A DNA stretch of 63,386 nt, counting the filler. It is 10 parts of 10 records of this genome, joined end to end, with 100 filler letters (N's around TTAATTAATTAA, not from the genome) between each part and the next. Parts side by side here need not be neighbours in the genome. Positions count along the whole stretch, not along the records: positions 40,501 to 51,879 come from SRR7504441_4156; positions 51,980 to 58,602 come from SRR7504441_4203; 8 more parts are not named here. The stretch is one strand, 5' to 3'. Positions within the stretch are counted from its first letter, which is position 1; each line of letters begins with the position of its first letter. The translations under genes were made by a program, and so were the position numbers. A model generated the notes under the pieces. That model had not been told where the DNA came from and did no database searches. It saw only the letters and a list, made by a program, of their open reading frames with translations. Shown here piece by piece: positions 44,695 to 56,800 of this stretch.

Positions 44695-47600
44695 ATGGCC
44701 GACTTCGGGGCGGTGAAGGCCTGGCTGGAAGCGGACGGCCCGAAGAGCCCGGCGCTCAAACAGTTGCTCGACAACGTTCACCAGGCGGCCGATGGGGCCA
44801 TCGAGCCGGAGCAGTTCAGCCAGGCCGCGGCCGAGTGCGCCGGCGAGCGGCTGAGCTCGGCGCTGGCGGACACGCTGGCGCTGGTGACGGTGGAGTTCGA
44901 GGAGGACGGGGAGGAGCACACTCGGCTGGCCGGGCTGATCAAGAAGCTGATCGAGGCCGAGATGCTCTCCAAGCCGCTGCTGATCGAGCGGCTCGAGTTC
45001 GGCTGGCTCGAGGTGGCCGACGGGCCGGCCGGGGCCAGCGGGCGGGGCAGGAGCTGAACGTGGTGCCGTCCAAGGAGAAGCTGGCCCGGAAGGAGGTCGG
45101 CCGGCCGGGCCGGCCGGGGCGGAGCCAGGGTAGGTGCAAGTGCGAACCCGGATGTTCTTCACCCAGCAGAAATTCAACCTGTTCCGGGAGGAGTCGGAGG
45201 GCTACTCCAAGCTGATCACCGAGCTCAACCAGGGCCCCGGGGCCCCCACCGAGGCCACGGTCGGCCAAGTGATCGCCAACTGCCAGGCGAGTCCGCCGGG
45301 CGCTGCGGCTGACAGAGTGGACGCAGTCGCTGATCGGATTCTTCGACTTGGACCCCAACCGGGTGTTCGACGTGGTGCTCCAGGCGTACGAGTACAACCT
45401 GGACAACCCGAGCTTCCTCCGGATCATCGAGGCGCTTCCTCCGGGCTGCGCTGTGCGAGTAGTGCCTCTGGCAGGTGTTTAAACAGGACTTTCTGCCTCA
45501 CATCCTCGGGTTCAAGTTCCAGCTTTACAGCCGCAAACTCAAGGAGCTGGACCCGGAGGCCCCGCCCACCCTCTACCGGCTGTCGGCCCAGCTGATCAAG
45601 GCCGGGTACCTGTCTCTCGACGCGCTGTACCCGCACTTGTCGCCCGCGGATGCAGCCGGGACAGAGGAGCAGACAAAGCTGTTCAAAATGCGGATGGAGG
45701 AGGCCCGCCAGGCCGGGCTGGTCTCGCTCAACCCGGACGCCGACAAGGACAAGCCGGCCAAGCCCGAGCCGGAGCTGGATGCGAACCAGAAGTTTGGGCT
45801 GGTGTGTGGGCTACTCGAGGTGGGCGACTTTGTGAACGCAGACGGGCTGCTCACACGGCTGGGCGCGATGCTCCCGAGCCAGGACAAGCAGGTGGTAGCG
45901 GCGCTCTGCACGGCAGTCGAGCGGATGATTGAGCCGCTCTACAGGGAGACTAAGCAGGGCAAGCTGGTGCTCAGGCCGCCCGCAGACACGCTCGACATGA
46001 GTGGTGACCCAGCGCTCACACTCTCCTCGTTCGACGAGCTGGAGGATATGCTATTCCCGCTGCTCAAGCACCTGCGCGGCCGGCTGGCTCGCAGGCCGCT
46101 GCTGTTTGCCAAGCTGTGCAGAGTTCTCACAGCATACGCTGGGCAGCTGGCGGACAGCCCAGAGAAGCTGAGCAACGTGCTGCCGGTGGTGAGCCTAGTG
46201 CTGCTCCCGGCGCTCACACTGCACGGGACCGGGCCGGGCGAGCCGACTGCTGCGCGGGCCAACCCTGGTGCGACGGATGAGCTGTGGAGTCTGATCAAGC
46301 TGTGGCCGTACGAGGAGCGATTCAAGGCGTATGGCGAGTGGAAGGCGTACGGGGCGGTGAACGACCCGGAGCTGGTGCTGCTGATGAATCTAGCCACCAA
46401 GGAGGCCAAGAACCAGCTTAAGCGGCTCTCCAAGGACTCGAACAAGCAGAAGATAGTGGGCAAGGAAGTGGCCAAGCTCAGCCACGCGAGCCAGGTGGCT
46501 GGCCGGGCCGGGCCGGGCGAGCTGGGGGCAGTTCCAGCTGTTTGACGCGATGCTGGCCAACATCAAGGCATACGACAACATGATCAAGCCGACCGTGGAC
46601 GCGTGCAAGTACCTGCACCCGATGTCTTACGACATGCTCACCTTCTCGCTGATGGATCACCTCTGCGGCGAGATGAACTCGCCAAAGCTCAAGGAGGACG
46701 GCCAGAACATCGCCGACTGGCTGTGCAACCTAGCCACGCTCTGCGGCGAGCTGTTTGTCAAGTACACTGTGAGCATCGAGCTACACGCGCTGCTCATGTG
46801 ACTCGCCGCTCGGTCGAGCTGAGCACCAGGCCAGGTACGTGGCCAACCAGCTCAAGAGCAAGAACGTGTTCGACCTGCTCGTGCTCAAGGAGCTGCTCTC
46901 CAAGTCGGGGGTCGACTCGATGGAGGACGGGTCTGACTCGCAGATCGAGGCACTCGGGGGCGGACCACTGCTCCGCACCCAGACCACATTCGCTGTCCAG
47001 TCGCGACCCAAGAAGGTCAACCGGCCGGCTCGGCCCGGCTGACCGGACGGCAGGTGGCCTCTCGGATCCGCGAGTGCATGGGGCCGCTGGCAGTGCCGTT
47101 GTACATTCTGATTGGACAGAACAGGCAGAACATTATCTTTAATCTAGACTTTGGAGGCTCGATCAAACTGATCTCGGATTTGCACGATAAGTGCCAAGAC
47201 ACAATGATCCAGTTTGTGGAGTTTGTGCACACCTACTGCACCGCGGACGGCAGCCTGGCCAAGAGCGTGCCGCCCACAAACGAGTTGGTGTGCAAGTACC
47301 ACCTGGAGCCACAGGCCGCCTTCCTGCTCACGCGGCCGTTCCTAAACCCCAACGGGCACTACGGGGCCGTCTCCGGCGAGATCCCGATCTCGTTTGCCGA
47401 CGCAGTGGACAAGCTGGAAGAGATCGCCCCGCCAAACACGCTGAATGTGCTCTCCAAGGAGCTGTACTCCAGCTTCTGGTGCCTCGGGCTTTACGACCTG
47501 AGCGTGCCGTCAGAGCAGTACGAGGCCGAGGCCAAGAAGCACAAGAGCGAGGTGCAGCGGCTCGAGAACGAGCTCCGGCACGCGAGCGACAGCCAGAAGC

Positions 47601-49029
47601 GCAAGCTGGACAAGGAGAAGCAAAAGAGCTTGGACATGATCAAGAAGCTCGAGGAGGAGAGGTCAGCGCACGTCAAGCACACGCGCGAGGTGAGCAAGCG
47701 GATCAAGCTCGAGTCTGCAAAGTGGATCACCCAGTGCGACGACCACTTCCCGACCATCTTCCTGCAGGCCTGCCTGCTCCCGCGGGTGGTGATGACCGCG
47801 CCCGACGCGCTGTTCTGCTCCAAGTGGGTGTGTGGGTGGGCTTTTGCTGAGGCTGGGGCAGGTTCATGCAGCTGCTGCACCAGAACGGGGTCAAGAACTA
47901 CTTCACGCTCCAGCTGACCGCCGCTATGTTCTCTGCCATCCATGGGATTCTGTTCAAGTGCACCGAGGCCGAGGCCGGCAGGCTAGGCCGGTTCCTGCTC
48001 GCCCAGCTCTCGCTGCTGCAGCAGTGGCACTCGGACGAGGCGGTGTACAAGGACCAGTGCGAGTCCAAGCCGGGGTTTGCCACTCAGTTCAACGACCCGA
48101 CCTCCAAGCGGGCCTCGTATGCTGACTACAAGCAGATCCTAGGCAAGTGGCATCACAAGCTGGCCCGCACGCTCGTGACCAGCCTTGAGTCGAATGAGTA
48201 CCTGGACAAGCGGAACGCGCTGCTCGTGCTGATCAAGGTGGTCAAGGTCTTCCCCAAGATCAAGGTGCTCGCGGCCGCCATCGAGAAGCGAGTCAAGACC
48301 ATGGTCGAGACCGAGGACCGCGAGGACTTAAAGCTGCTCTCCAAGCGGTACCTGGCCTCTCTCACGCACGAGAAGGCCTCCTGGCTCTCGAATGAGGACT
48401 TTGGACTCAAGCCAGTTGCCGGCAAGCGCCCCAAGCCGGCCCCAGCAGAGTCAGCCCCGGCCGAGAAGCCCGCTGCCGAGCCCAAGAAGGAGCCCAAGAA
48501 GGAAGCCAAGAAGGAGTCCAAGAAGGAATCCAAGCCGAGCACGCCGCGCGAGTCCAAGGAGTCAAAACCGGAGCCGGCTGAGCGAGCCAAGCCGGCGCGA
48601 GAGTCAAAGCCAGCCGACGAGCGGAGCGCCAAGCCGAGCAAACAGGCCGAGCCGGCCAAGAGACGGCGGGAGCCGGAGGAGACGACGCGCAAGGGCAGGT
48701 CGCGCAGCCCTGCTGCAGGGGCCGACCGCCGGAGCGCCGACAAGGAGCCGAGCAGGGGTGAGGAGCGGGACAGGCGAAAGGCCGACGAGTCAGGGAGCAA
48801 AGAGTCGGCCCGGGGCAAGGAGGCAGCCGGCGGGCAGCGGGACGAGAAGGCTGCCGCCGAGGAGCCGCCGCCTAGCAAGCGGATCCGGTCTGAGCGGCTT
48901 GGAGAGAGGGAGGATTCAAGCCGACAGCGCGGCGGGAGGAGAGACGACGAACATGGCTCGGGCGCCTCCAAAAGAGGGCGGGAGGAAGAGGCACCTCCAC
49001 GCAACCGAACAGGCCGGGCCCGGAGGTAG
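44695..49029 (+). CDS. THOC2: THO complex subunit 2
   Basis: [78 protein letters not shown] and a charged tail; 8 short introns, 2 of them GC-AG. Confidence 0.95.
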
Positions 49030-49301
49030 TCGGGAACTCGGGATCCAATGTTGGATCATTCAGTGCGGACTCGTAACGAGACAATCATGACTTGTATCGA
49101 TCGAGTAGGTTTCAATAAACGATTTTACCGATTCTAAAATTTCTCATGATTGCGCCGCGCACACCTCTACGCACACCTCATCAAACTTTGCAATTGATCA
49201 GTGCTAATTGGTAGCTAATTGGTGTGCATGCACGTCTATGCACGTCGACGTCATGCACATGCATGATACATCATCGTTCAAACCAATGCATCATTTGTAC
49301 A

Positions 49302-51668
49302 TCATTTGGCGACGCACTCCGTGGCGGTATGTCCGTCATGCCCAATCGTGATTCGTGCCACCACAGACCCGGCCCGCCCGACCGTGCACGCGACCTGCGT
49401 GTGCTCGCCGTGCGCGCTCCAGCCGGTCACGACCTGCTCGGCCTCGCTTCCGAGCACTGTGACAGCCGCCCAAGCTCCATCCGGGCCAGCCCCGTACTCG
49501 AGGTTACGGTAGCGGGCCTGGCTTACAGGCACCCACTTGGCTTGCTCACCCAGCAGGGCCAGCCCGTTGGGGAGCACCGGGGCGACCGCCCACAGCTGGA
49601 AGTCCCACTTGCCGCACTTGCGCAGCTCGATCTGATCGGCCGTGCTCAGCTTGCTGGTCGAGTTGGCTTCGTACGACACAGTCGGCCCGGCGATCTGGAG
49701 TTCGTCCGCGATTGACACTTGGAAGTGGTCGCCCAAGGTAGCCCCGAGCAGCACCGCCCATCCCATCCCGGACAGCTCGGTCCGGCCGGCCCAGATCTCG
49801 CCGTTTGATTTGCCGCTGAACGCTGCCCGCTGGTGCTGCGAATCTAGCGCCATCGCCGGCTTGTCGGGCTGGAGCAGCTTCCCATCGGCCCGGCAGCTCT
49901 TGAGGATCAACTGAGCGTCCGAACGGCCGATCTTGTCAGAGGGCGCGACCGGCCCTTTGCTCAGGGTGGAGACGGCGGCCTGGAGCCGGTTGTACGGCTC
50001 CTTGATGGTCGAGTGGTCGCTGTAGGCCGAGTCAGTCTGCACGTCTGTCGACCAATAGTTGTCTTTGGTCGGAGCAACTGCCACCGCCCAGCCGAAGATC
50101 CCGGTGGTCCCAAGCGGCTGCCACTGATCGTTGCCGGCATGGTAGTCGCCGGAAGCCCTCGCGTTGGTCACAGCGGGCAGCTCGAGCGACTGCATGATGT
50201 GCCGGCAGTGCGACATGCAGTACTGGATGGTCAGGTCGTTCGCGGCGGCGGCCGAGGCCATTTGGTGCAGCCAGGTCCGGCCGGCGGTGGCGTTGGTGTT
50301 CAGGAGGAGCATGTTGTCGTACTCTGTGTCCAACCAATCCTGTCACAAACCATTCAGCGCCAGCTCTAGCGCGCGGGGCACCTGCTCGTACATAAACAGC
50401 CCCCACTGGGACGAGTTGTACATCAAGTCGTCCCAGAACCGCTGCTCGGTCGGCCAGGCAAAGTCCTTGTACTGGTCCGGCCGGTCGGCCTTCCGCTCGA
50501 CCACAAAGTCATACTGGCCGCCGTTGTCGGTTGCGTACACGTTGTCCACGGCCCAGTAGCGGTTGTGCCCCATGATAGGCCACCCAGTCTGGTTGCGCAG
50601 GTAGCTCAGTCCGTTGGGGAACACGTCGGGCCGGCCAACCCACTCGGAGACCCCGCCGCCGGTCCCCTGGTAGTACCACCAACTGTCCAGCAGCACATAC
50701 CGGTAGGGAATACCCTCAGCCTGCGCATACTTCTTGACGTCTATCAGAGTCTGCTCGTAGCTCCGGCCGTGGCTGTACGGCGGGCCCCTGCTGGTGCCGC
50801 CCTGCTCGGTGTGGTAATAATAATAAGCCCCATTATCAGTCGAGTACCCCAGGTAGTTAAGTGCGTAGTCCTTCGCCCAGCTCGCCTCACGCGATTTGCC
50901 GTACAACCCAAGCAGCTTGTCGCCCCACCGCTCAAACGCCCGGTTCACCCCGCCCGCCGGGCTGGCCGCCATCACGAACTGGATCGAGAAGCCAGCCGGT
51001 GCGCTGGTCATGCTGCCCTGGAGCCCATATTTGATCAGGTCATGCTCGGCTTGGCTGCTGGCTGCCATGAAGTTGGACCCGGACGAGATCACCAGGCTGC
51101 GCTCGAGCCCGCCGCTGAACACGCAGGCCGGCCCGAACCCGGTCACCCCGCTCGGAAGCTCGGTGTGGCCCCACTTGCCGTACTGGTACCCGGAGCCGGT
51201 CATGTCCCCCGCGAACGCGAGGAAGCCGAGCGGCTCCGAGCTCGAGTTGTCCAGCCGGAGCGACGGGAAGCTGGACGAGACCTTGTCCCGCCCGCCCTGC
51301 GGCTGGGTCTTGTTCAGGCTGGCCCCCTCGATCCCGAGAGGAAAGGATTGCTCGAACACGATCAAATCGCCGTAGCTCCGCCAGCTGGTGACGAACTTGC
51401 CCCCGTCCCAGGACATGCTGTGCGCCTCGAACTTGCCCCACCCGTCCAGCCCGGACGACTTGCTCCCGGGGCCGTCGCTCGGCAGGCTGCCGTCGGCGGT
51501 GCTCCGTGTCTTGTCTCCGGCCGTGTATTCGATCGGCCCCGAGCTGAACCAGCGCCGGCCGGCCATCAGCACCGCGTAGCCACCGTGCGCGTCGATGTCG
51601 ACCGAAATCAGGTCCGCGCCGGCCGCCGGGAGCGCGAGCAGCGTCAGGCTGAGCACCGCGATCTTCAT
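49302..51668 (-). CDS. Secreted clan GH-D-like (GH27/GH36-like) glycoside hydrolase of uncharacterised family
   Basis: Signal peptide; YLGYSTDNGAYYYY, LLDSWWY, MYEQ|DWL (one ~42-nt GT-AG intron) and RASGDY. Confidence 0.65.
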
Positions 51669-51879
51669 CACACCGGACATGTGCTCGTGCGAGCCGGGGT
51701 GTGCTGCTGACATGGAGGTGTGCGATTCGGATTGTGGTCTCGGAGGCCCCCGTCCCAGCTCATGCACATCAGCAGGATGCGGATCAGGTTGCATGGGCTA
51801 GCCGGCTAGGGCTGAGACAAGGGGTCCTGAGGCCTTTGAGGATGACGACGGCGGGGGCTGGTGGTAAAGCCCCCGTCTC

Positions 51880-51979
51880 NNNNNNNNNNNNNNNNNNNNN
51901 NNNNNNNNNNNNNNNNNNNNNNNTTAATTAATTAANNNNNNNNNNNNNNNNNNNNNNNNNNNNNNNNNNNNNNNNNNNN
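51880..51979. other. Artificial contig linker
   Basis: N44-TTAATTAATTAA-N44. Confidence 0.99.
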
Positions 51980-52037
51980 TAGCCACCGATGACTCGATCA
52001 CTGGCTCGATCCCGTGCTTTGCGTTAAACGGACACTC

Positions 52038-53070
52038 TCACATGTTTTCTAGATCATGTGCCGGATCTAGTTCATCCATTGTGAGGCTAGTGTCTGCGTC
52101 CTCAGCTGCGGCCTCCTTCATAAGCGGCAGTTCATCCTCTTCAAGCGGTTCGTCCTGCTGACCAATTCAAACCAGTTCACTGCTAAGCTTGCACCTCTAA
52201 AATTTCCACATCCGGGCTGTCTGGCTCCTCAGACTCTGCTGCTTCCGCCGCAGCCCGGGTGCGATCTAATTCCTGTAATTCCTGCTTAGCCTGGGCCACA
52301 ATCACTCGATCCATTTCAACGCCTGGCCCACGTTTCACAGGGCCAACGATACCAGGTCAGACCTGTCTCAAAGAAACCCATCGAGACCAGCACCTTGATG
52401 AACGCTATTGCAGGCAGGGATGGCGCCAGCGACTGGTGCAGCCCATCCAGCGATTCGTGGTTGATCACCACCGCCCAATCCCGCTCGTCACCCTCGTTGC
52501 TGCAGCTGTTCTCGCTTACCCGAGCACCTGTCCCTGAGTCTGTCTGAGTCTGTGAGGTGCGCACCGCAGATTCGGTGCCACTGGCCGTCATCCGGAAGCA
52601 GAAACGAGACGGTGTACAGCATCTGCACCGTCATCCCGTCGTCCGACGGCACTCGACGGTACAGGTGGCGCACGCTCACAGCGCCCTCCAGGAAGCACGT
52701 ACACGTCTCCATGCTGTCCCCTGGGTCAGCGGCAACCACCGGCCCGCGGGTGCCTGTAGTTGCCGTCGTCCTCGACCACCCGCTGGTCCTCGATCTCCAG
52801 CGTATCTAGGAGTACCTTGGCCTCGGCCTTGGCGTGGTCGGACAGGCTCCGGAGTTTGTTTAGCCAGCAAGTCACTTTGTCCACCGCCTCGGAGTGTAGC
52901 TGCATTTCCCGGGCGGCCTGATGCAGCATCGCCAGCAGGGCAATTGCCTCGGGCCCACCACCCGGAGCGTGCCGGGAGACCAGCCCCTTGATCATGCCCC
53001 GGGCCGCTTTCAGGTCCGCCTGCCCCTCTGCCTTCAGCTGGAGGGCACCCGCTGCGGCCTGCACCTTCAT
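52038..53070 (-). CDS. Hypothetical protein (about 4 short introns)
   Basis: Four ~37-40-nt introns (one tentatively GC-AG, 52714-52753) give a continuous frame with an acidic C-terminus. No homology recognised. Confidence 0.5.
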
Positions 53071-53171
53071 TGAGCAAATCTCTATGTAAAATATTCGGTG
53101 CGAACGTGCACTCCGAGTTCTGGTCGATGCGGCTAGCGACGGTATAGCGACGGGCCCGATGTTCCCGGGGT

Positions 53172-53700
53172 GATGGCTATACGGCTTGGGTTCAGGAGCA
53201 TCTGCCTTACCGTAAGGCGACAGACCATTTTGGAGGCAGGTATGAGCACTACCGGTACTTCAACCCGGGATTCCTTTCCCGGCTCATGATCAGCTAGTCA
53301 GCTCGCGTGCCAAGAAGCTAGGGCCCACGTGATGGCCCACGTGATGGCAAAGGCTCGGGTGAGAAGGGCGCCTATAAGAAGCCAGGAGCTAATGCCTCGG
53401 TCATATCATACCCCAAGCCAGGGAAGATCAAGATTGGCGCGACGACCTTTGACATCGCGAAGGTCAGAGAGTATGTAGTCTACGCTGTCGAGATTGGCGT
53501 CTCCCAGAAAGACGCTGAGGCGATGTGCCTGCCGGTTGCCCTGAACACCTTCCAGGGCATGGCAAGGTTTTGCACATGCGACAAGTGGGGACAACCTGGT
53601 CACGAATCGGCTACATCCTCAGCCCATGCCGCCACCGATCTCGAGAAGTCGAGAAGTCTGATTTCGGTCTGCTCACTCACAAGCATACTGGTTCGGCGAG
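53172..53700 (+). pseudogene. Decayed ORF with two in-frame TAGs; possible retroelement gag/ORF1-like remnant
   Basis: Single frame with TAG at 53295 and 53319, a 12-bp tandem duplication GGCCCACGTGAT, and a C...C...H...H cluster (CLPVAL...FCTC...GH...SAH). Confidence 0.3.
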
Positions 53701-53898
53701 CTGGATGTTCAGGAGGATTCGATTGTTGTCCAGCCAGTGCCGAATACAAGAAGTGGCAAGAAGAGCAAACGCCAAACAGGGACGGCTCGCTACGGACCAT
53801 GAGCGACACAGTGTTCTATGACAACATATGTTTTTGCATGCATATGAGCAGAGGCAACAACAACAATCTGCCGTTCGGACTTTATAAGAAAAACAGCA

Positions 53899-56800
53899 AT
53901 GGGAGGAGGCCGCTGGGCGCACACTTTGCTGCTCGGCGTGGCGCTCGTGCTGAGCCTGGGCCCGGGAGCAAGGGCGGAGTGCCCGGATCTGGCGCATGTT
54001 GAGGCCGGCTTCACTTTTTGCGCCTGGATCCGGACCAACCAGCTCGGGCGGGCGGTGCTCTTGAGCAGCCAGGCCGGAGCACTCTATGAGCATCAGGGCG
54101 CCGTGCTCTTCGCGGACAAAGGCCGGCTCGGGCTGATGCTGATCCGCCGGCTTTTCCGGGGAGAACTGCTCGAGCTTGTGACAGGGCCGGCCGGTTTGAA
54201 CGACGGAGCGCGGCACCACGTCTGCGCTAGCTATGACGGCTCCGGCCGGGCGGACGGAGTCAAGCTTCAGGTGGACGGCGTGCTCCGGCGCAAGCATGTG
54301 CGGCGCGACAAGCTGCCGGCCGGGCCGCTCTCGTCGGTGCCGCTGCACACCCGTTGCGGCACGGCCGGCCCGAGCGCCCCCAAGTCGCTCGGCCGGCCTC
54401 TGGAGGGCGGACTCAGGCAGCTGGTGCTGGTGGCACGCCAACTGACCAATCCAGAAATGGCGCGGTTAGCAGCGATGGCCGGCGGCCGCAAGAGCCGCGT
54501 GCCGGAGGCTGGCTCGCTCGAGTTGCCGGTCCACCAGAAGTTCCCTGACTGCGTACAAGAATGCCGCCAGCAACCGGCGTGCTCAGGGGTGACCTACAGG
54601 GGCAAGCAATGCCGGGTGCGAATCAGACCCGGGACAAGCCGAGCGGCATGGCTGAACTCTGGGAAGCGGTCAAAAGGCTGGAACAACTGGGTCAAGTACA
54701 GCAACTCAACTCAGAGTCCACTCCAGCTGAGGATTCGACTGGCCGGATCGCAACAGATAGCCGATCAGGTCCGCAGCCTGGTGCCTGGCCGATCGGTCCG
54801 AGTCAACAAGCGAGTGCGGATAGAGTCCATCTATCGGATTGATGGCGTGCCGTCCGTGCGAGCTGTAGTCGGACAACGGGCAGGCCGGTGGGTTTGGCAG
54901 GCCACGCAGCAGTCGTGCGCACGGCTGCCACTGCGTAAGTGGCATGCGTGTGTCAAGCTGAGCCGGCAGCCCGCAGCAGCTCAGGTCAGTGCTCAGCGGC
55001 AGTTGGGCGAGCTTAGTCCGAACATGCCCAAGGTTGGATCTGTGCACTGCAGCTCGCAAGTCAACCTGGCTCGGAACGCTGCGGTCAGAATGTCGAGCAC
55101 TCAAGGCAGCACGCAAGACTTCGGTGGTCAACTGGTGGTTGATGGCCGCACGGCGGCTCTTGATGCTCCTGGTCATACTTGCTTGACTAAGAAGGAGTTC
55201 AATGCTTGGATCGAGCTCGACTTAGGCAGCCCTGCCACCGTAGCCGAAGTGCGAGTATTTAACGGCTTCACCGATGAGCAGGGCATCCCAACGAACTGTA
55301 CCTGTGATCTAAATCCTTTCACAATCACACTGAGCGACAGCAGCGGAGCAAAATTGCGTGAGCACCAGATCTCGAGTGTTTGCCGGACTACAATAGCAGG
55401 ATTCGAGCTCGACCAGGGGCATGGCAGCTGCGACCGCATGCTCGAAGATGGGCCTGTGCTGCGCTGGAGTGGATTCCAACAGCCTCATGTCCGGTTTGTC
55501 CGTATTACGCTTGCCAACCACACAGCTGCGCTGCATGTGGCCGAAGTGGAGGTGGCTCCTAGCTGCAGCTCCGTAGACTTTTCAGAATGGGCCGGGCGAT
55601 GGCAAGTGCATTTCGACGATCCAGCCAACACAACAGCGGCTTACGAATTCACTGTGGCTGGAGGCGTCGAGTCTCCTGCAGCCGGTGGGGTCCAAGTCTC
55701 GAATGGGCAGTTATATCCTACTGAGACGCCCGCTCTGTACAGGGTTTCTGGAGGGCTAGGCATTCCGGCGTTGGAATTTGCATCATTGAGCATGCCAGGA
55801 AATGTATTGACTCTCGATAGGTATCTGTTGCAGCCATACAAAGTGCCTGCTGAGCCCGGCTGGCGGTGTCGACTGCCCCTCGTGGGCCAGCAGCAACATG
55901 GTGGAGGCGTTGGGCTTGGCAGTGCGCAAGACTTCTTGTCATTACCTCGTGACTAAGCACCCCGCTCCTGGAGTGATCGCTGGCCAGGTTTCGAGTACGG
56001 ATTCCAAATTCCAGATGTCGCTGCATGCTTCAACGTTTGTGAACGATTCCCAGAATGCCAGCAGGCATCCTTCAACAAACAAACCGCGGTGAGAGTGCTG
56101 GGCCCACGCAGTTTCTCACAGCTCTGTTGCTTTAGGTGTGCAGTCTTCTCAACAAGGCGTTTGTTGGCCATCGAGCCGATCCAGATGTTGTGTCGACTAT
56201 ATGCGCAGACAACTTGGTCAAAGAAATAGTCCATGGAATTGGCGCCCCCGACTTTCAGGCTTGGGGCGGGCCTTGTCCATTAGGATATACACCATTGGCT
56301 AACCTAAGCGATCCCCTTTGCTGCCATGGGTCATGCTTGCCGGGAAAGGAAAAAGCCAAGCACAACTTGCTGTGCACCCGAGCTGGCTTCAAACTCCAAA
56401 GCGCACCAACATGTGCCCAGCTGATAGCCCAGGGCAATCCGCTAGAGATTGCTCAGCGGCCTGATGAATCCCACGCAGACGATCTATCACCTGCGACTGG
56501 TGCCTCTACTGTAACCTGGAATGGAGGAGTATCCAAGCAAGAAGCAAAGGCTATCCAACTCATGCAGCGCCAAGGTTACTGCTTTCGGTTTCAGCCGCTG
56601 AGTGCAAAGGAAATGCGGATCACGACTCAAGGTGGGCTCGATTCCAGCAGCATGGCAAGTTTCCGGTGCTGCTGCCTGTCTGTTAGATGATTGACTGTGT
56701 GTGCATAGGGCTATTGCAGGCCTTGCAGTGAATAGTTCTACGTCACTTGCCTCATGCGATGCTCCTCACCAATCTTATGTTCTGCACACTTCAACTTCAG

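Noticed and set aside
55954-55956. In-frame TAA suggesting stop-codon reassignment
   Set aside because: It falls inside a 39-nt GT-AG intron (55949-55987). Other in-frame stops also fall in introns, and genes end with TAA, TAG and TGA normally.
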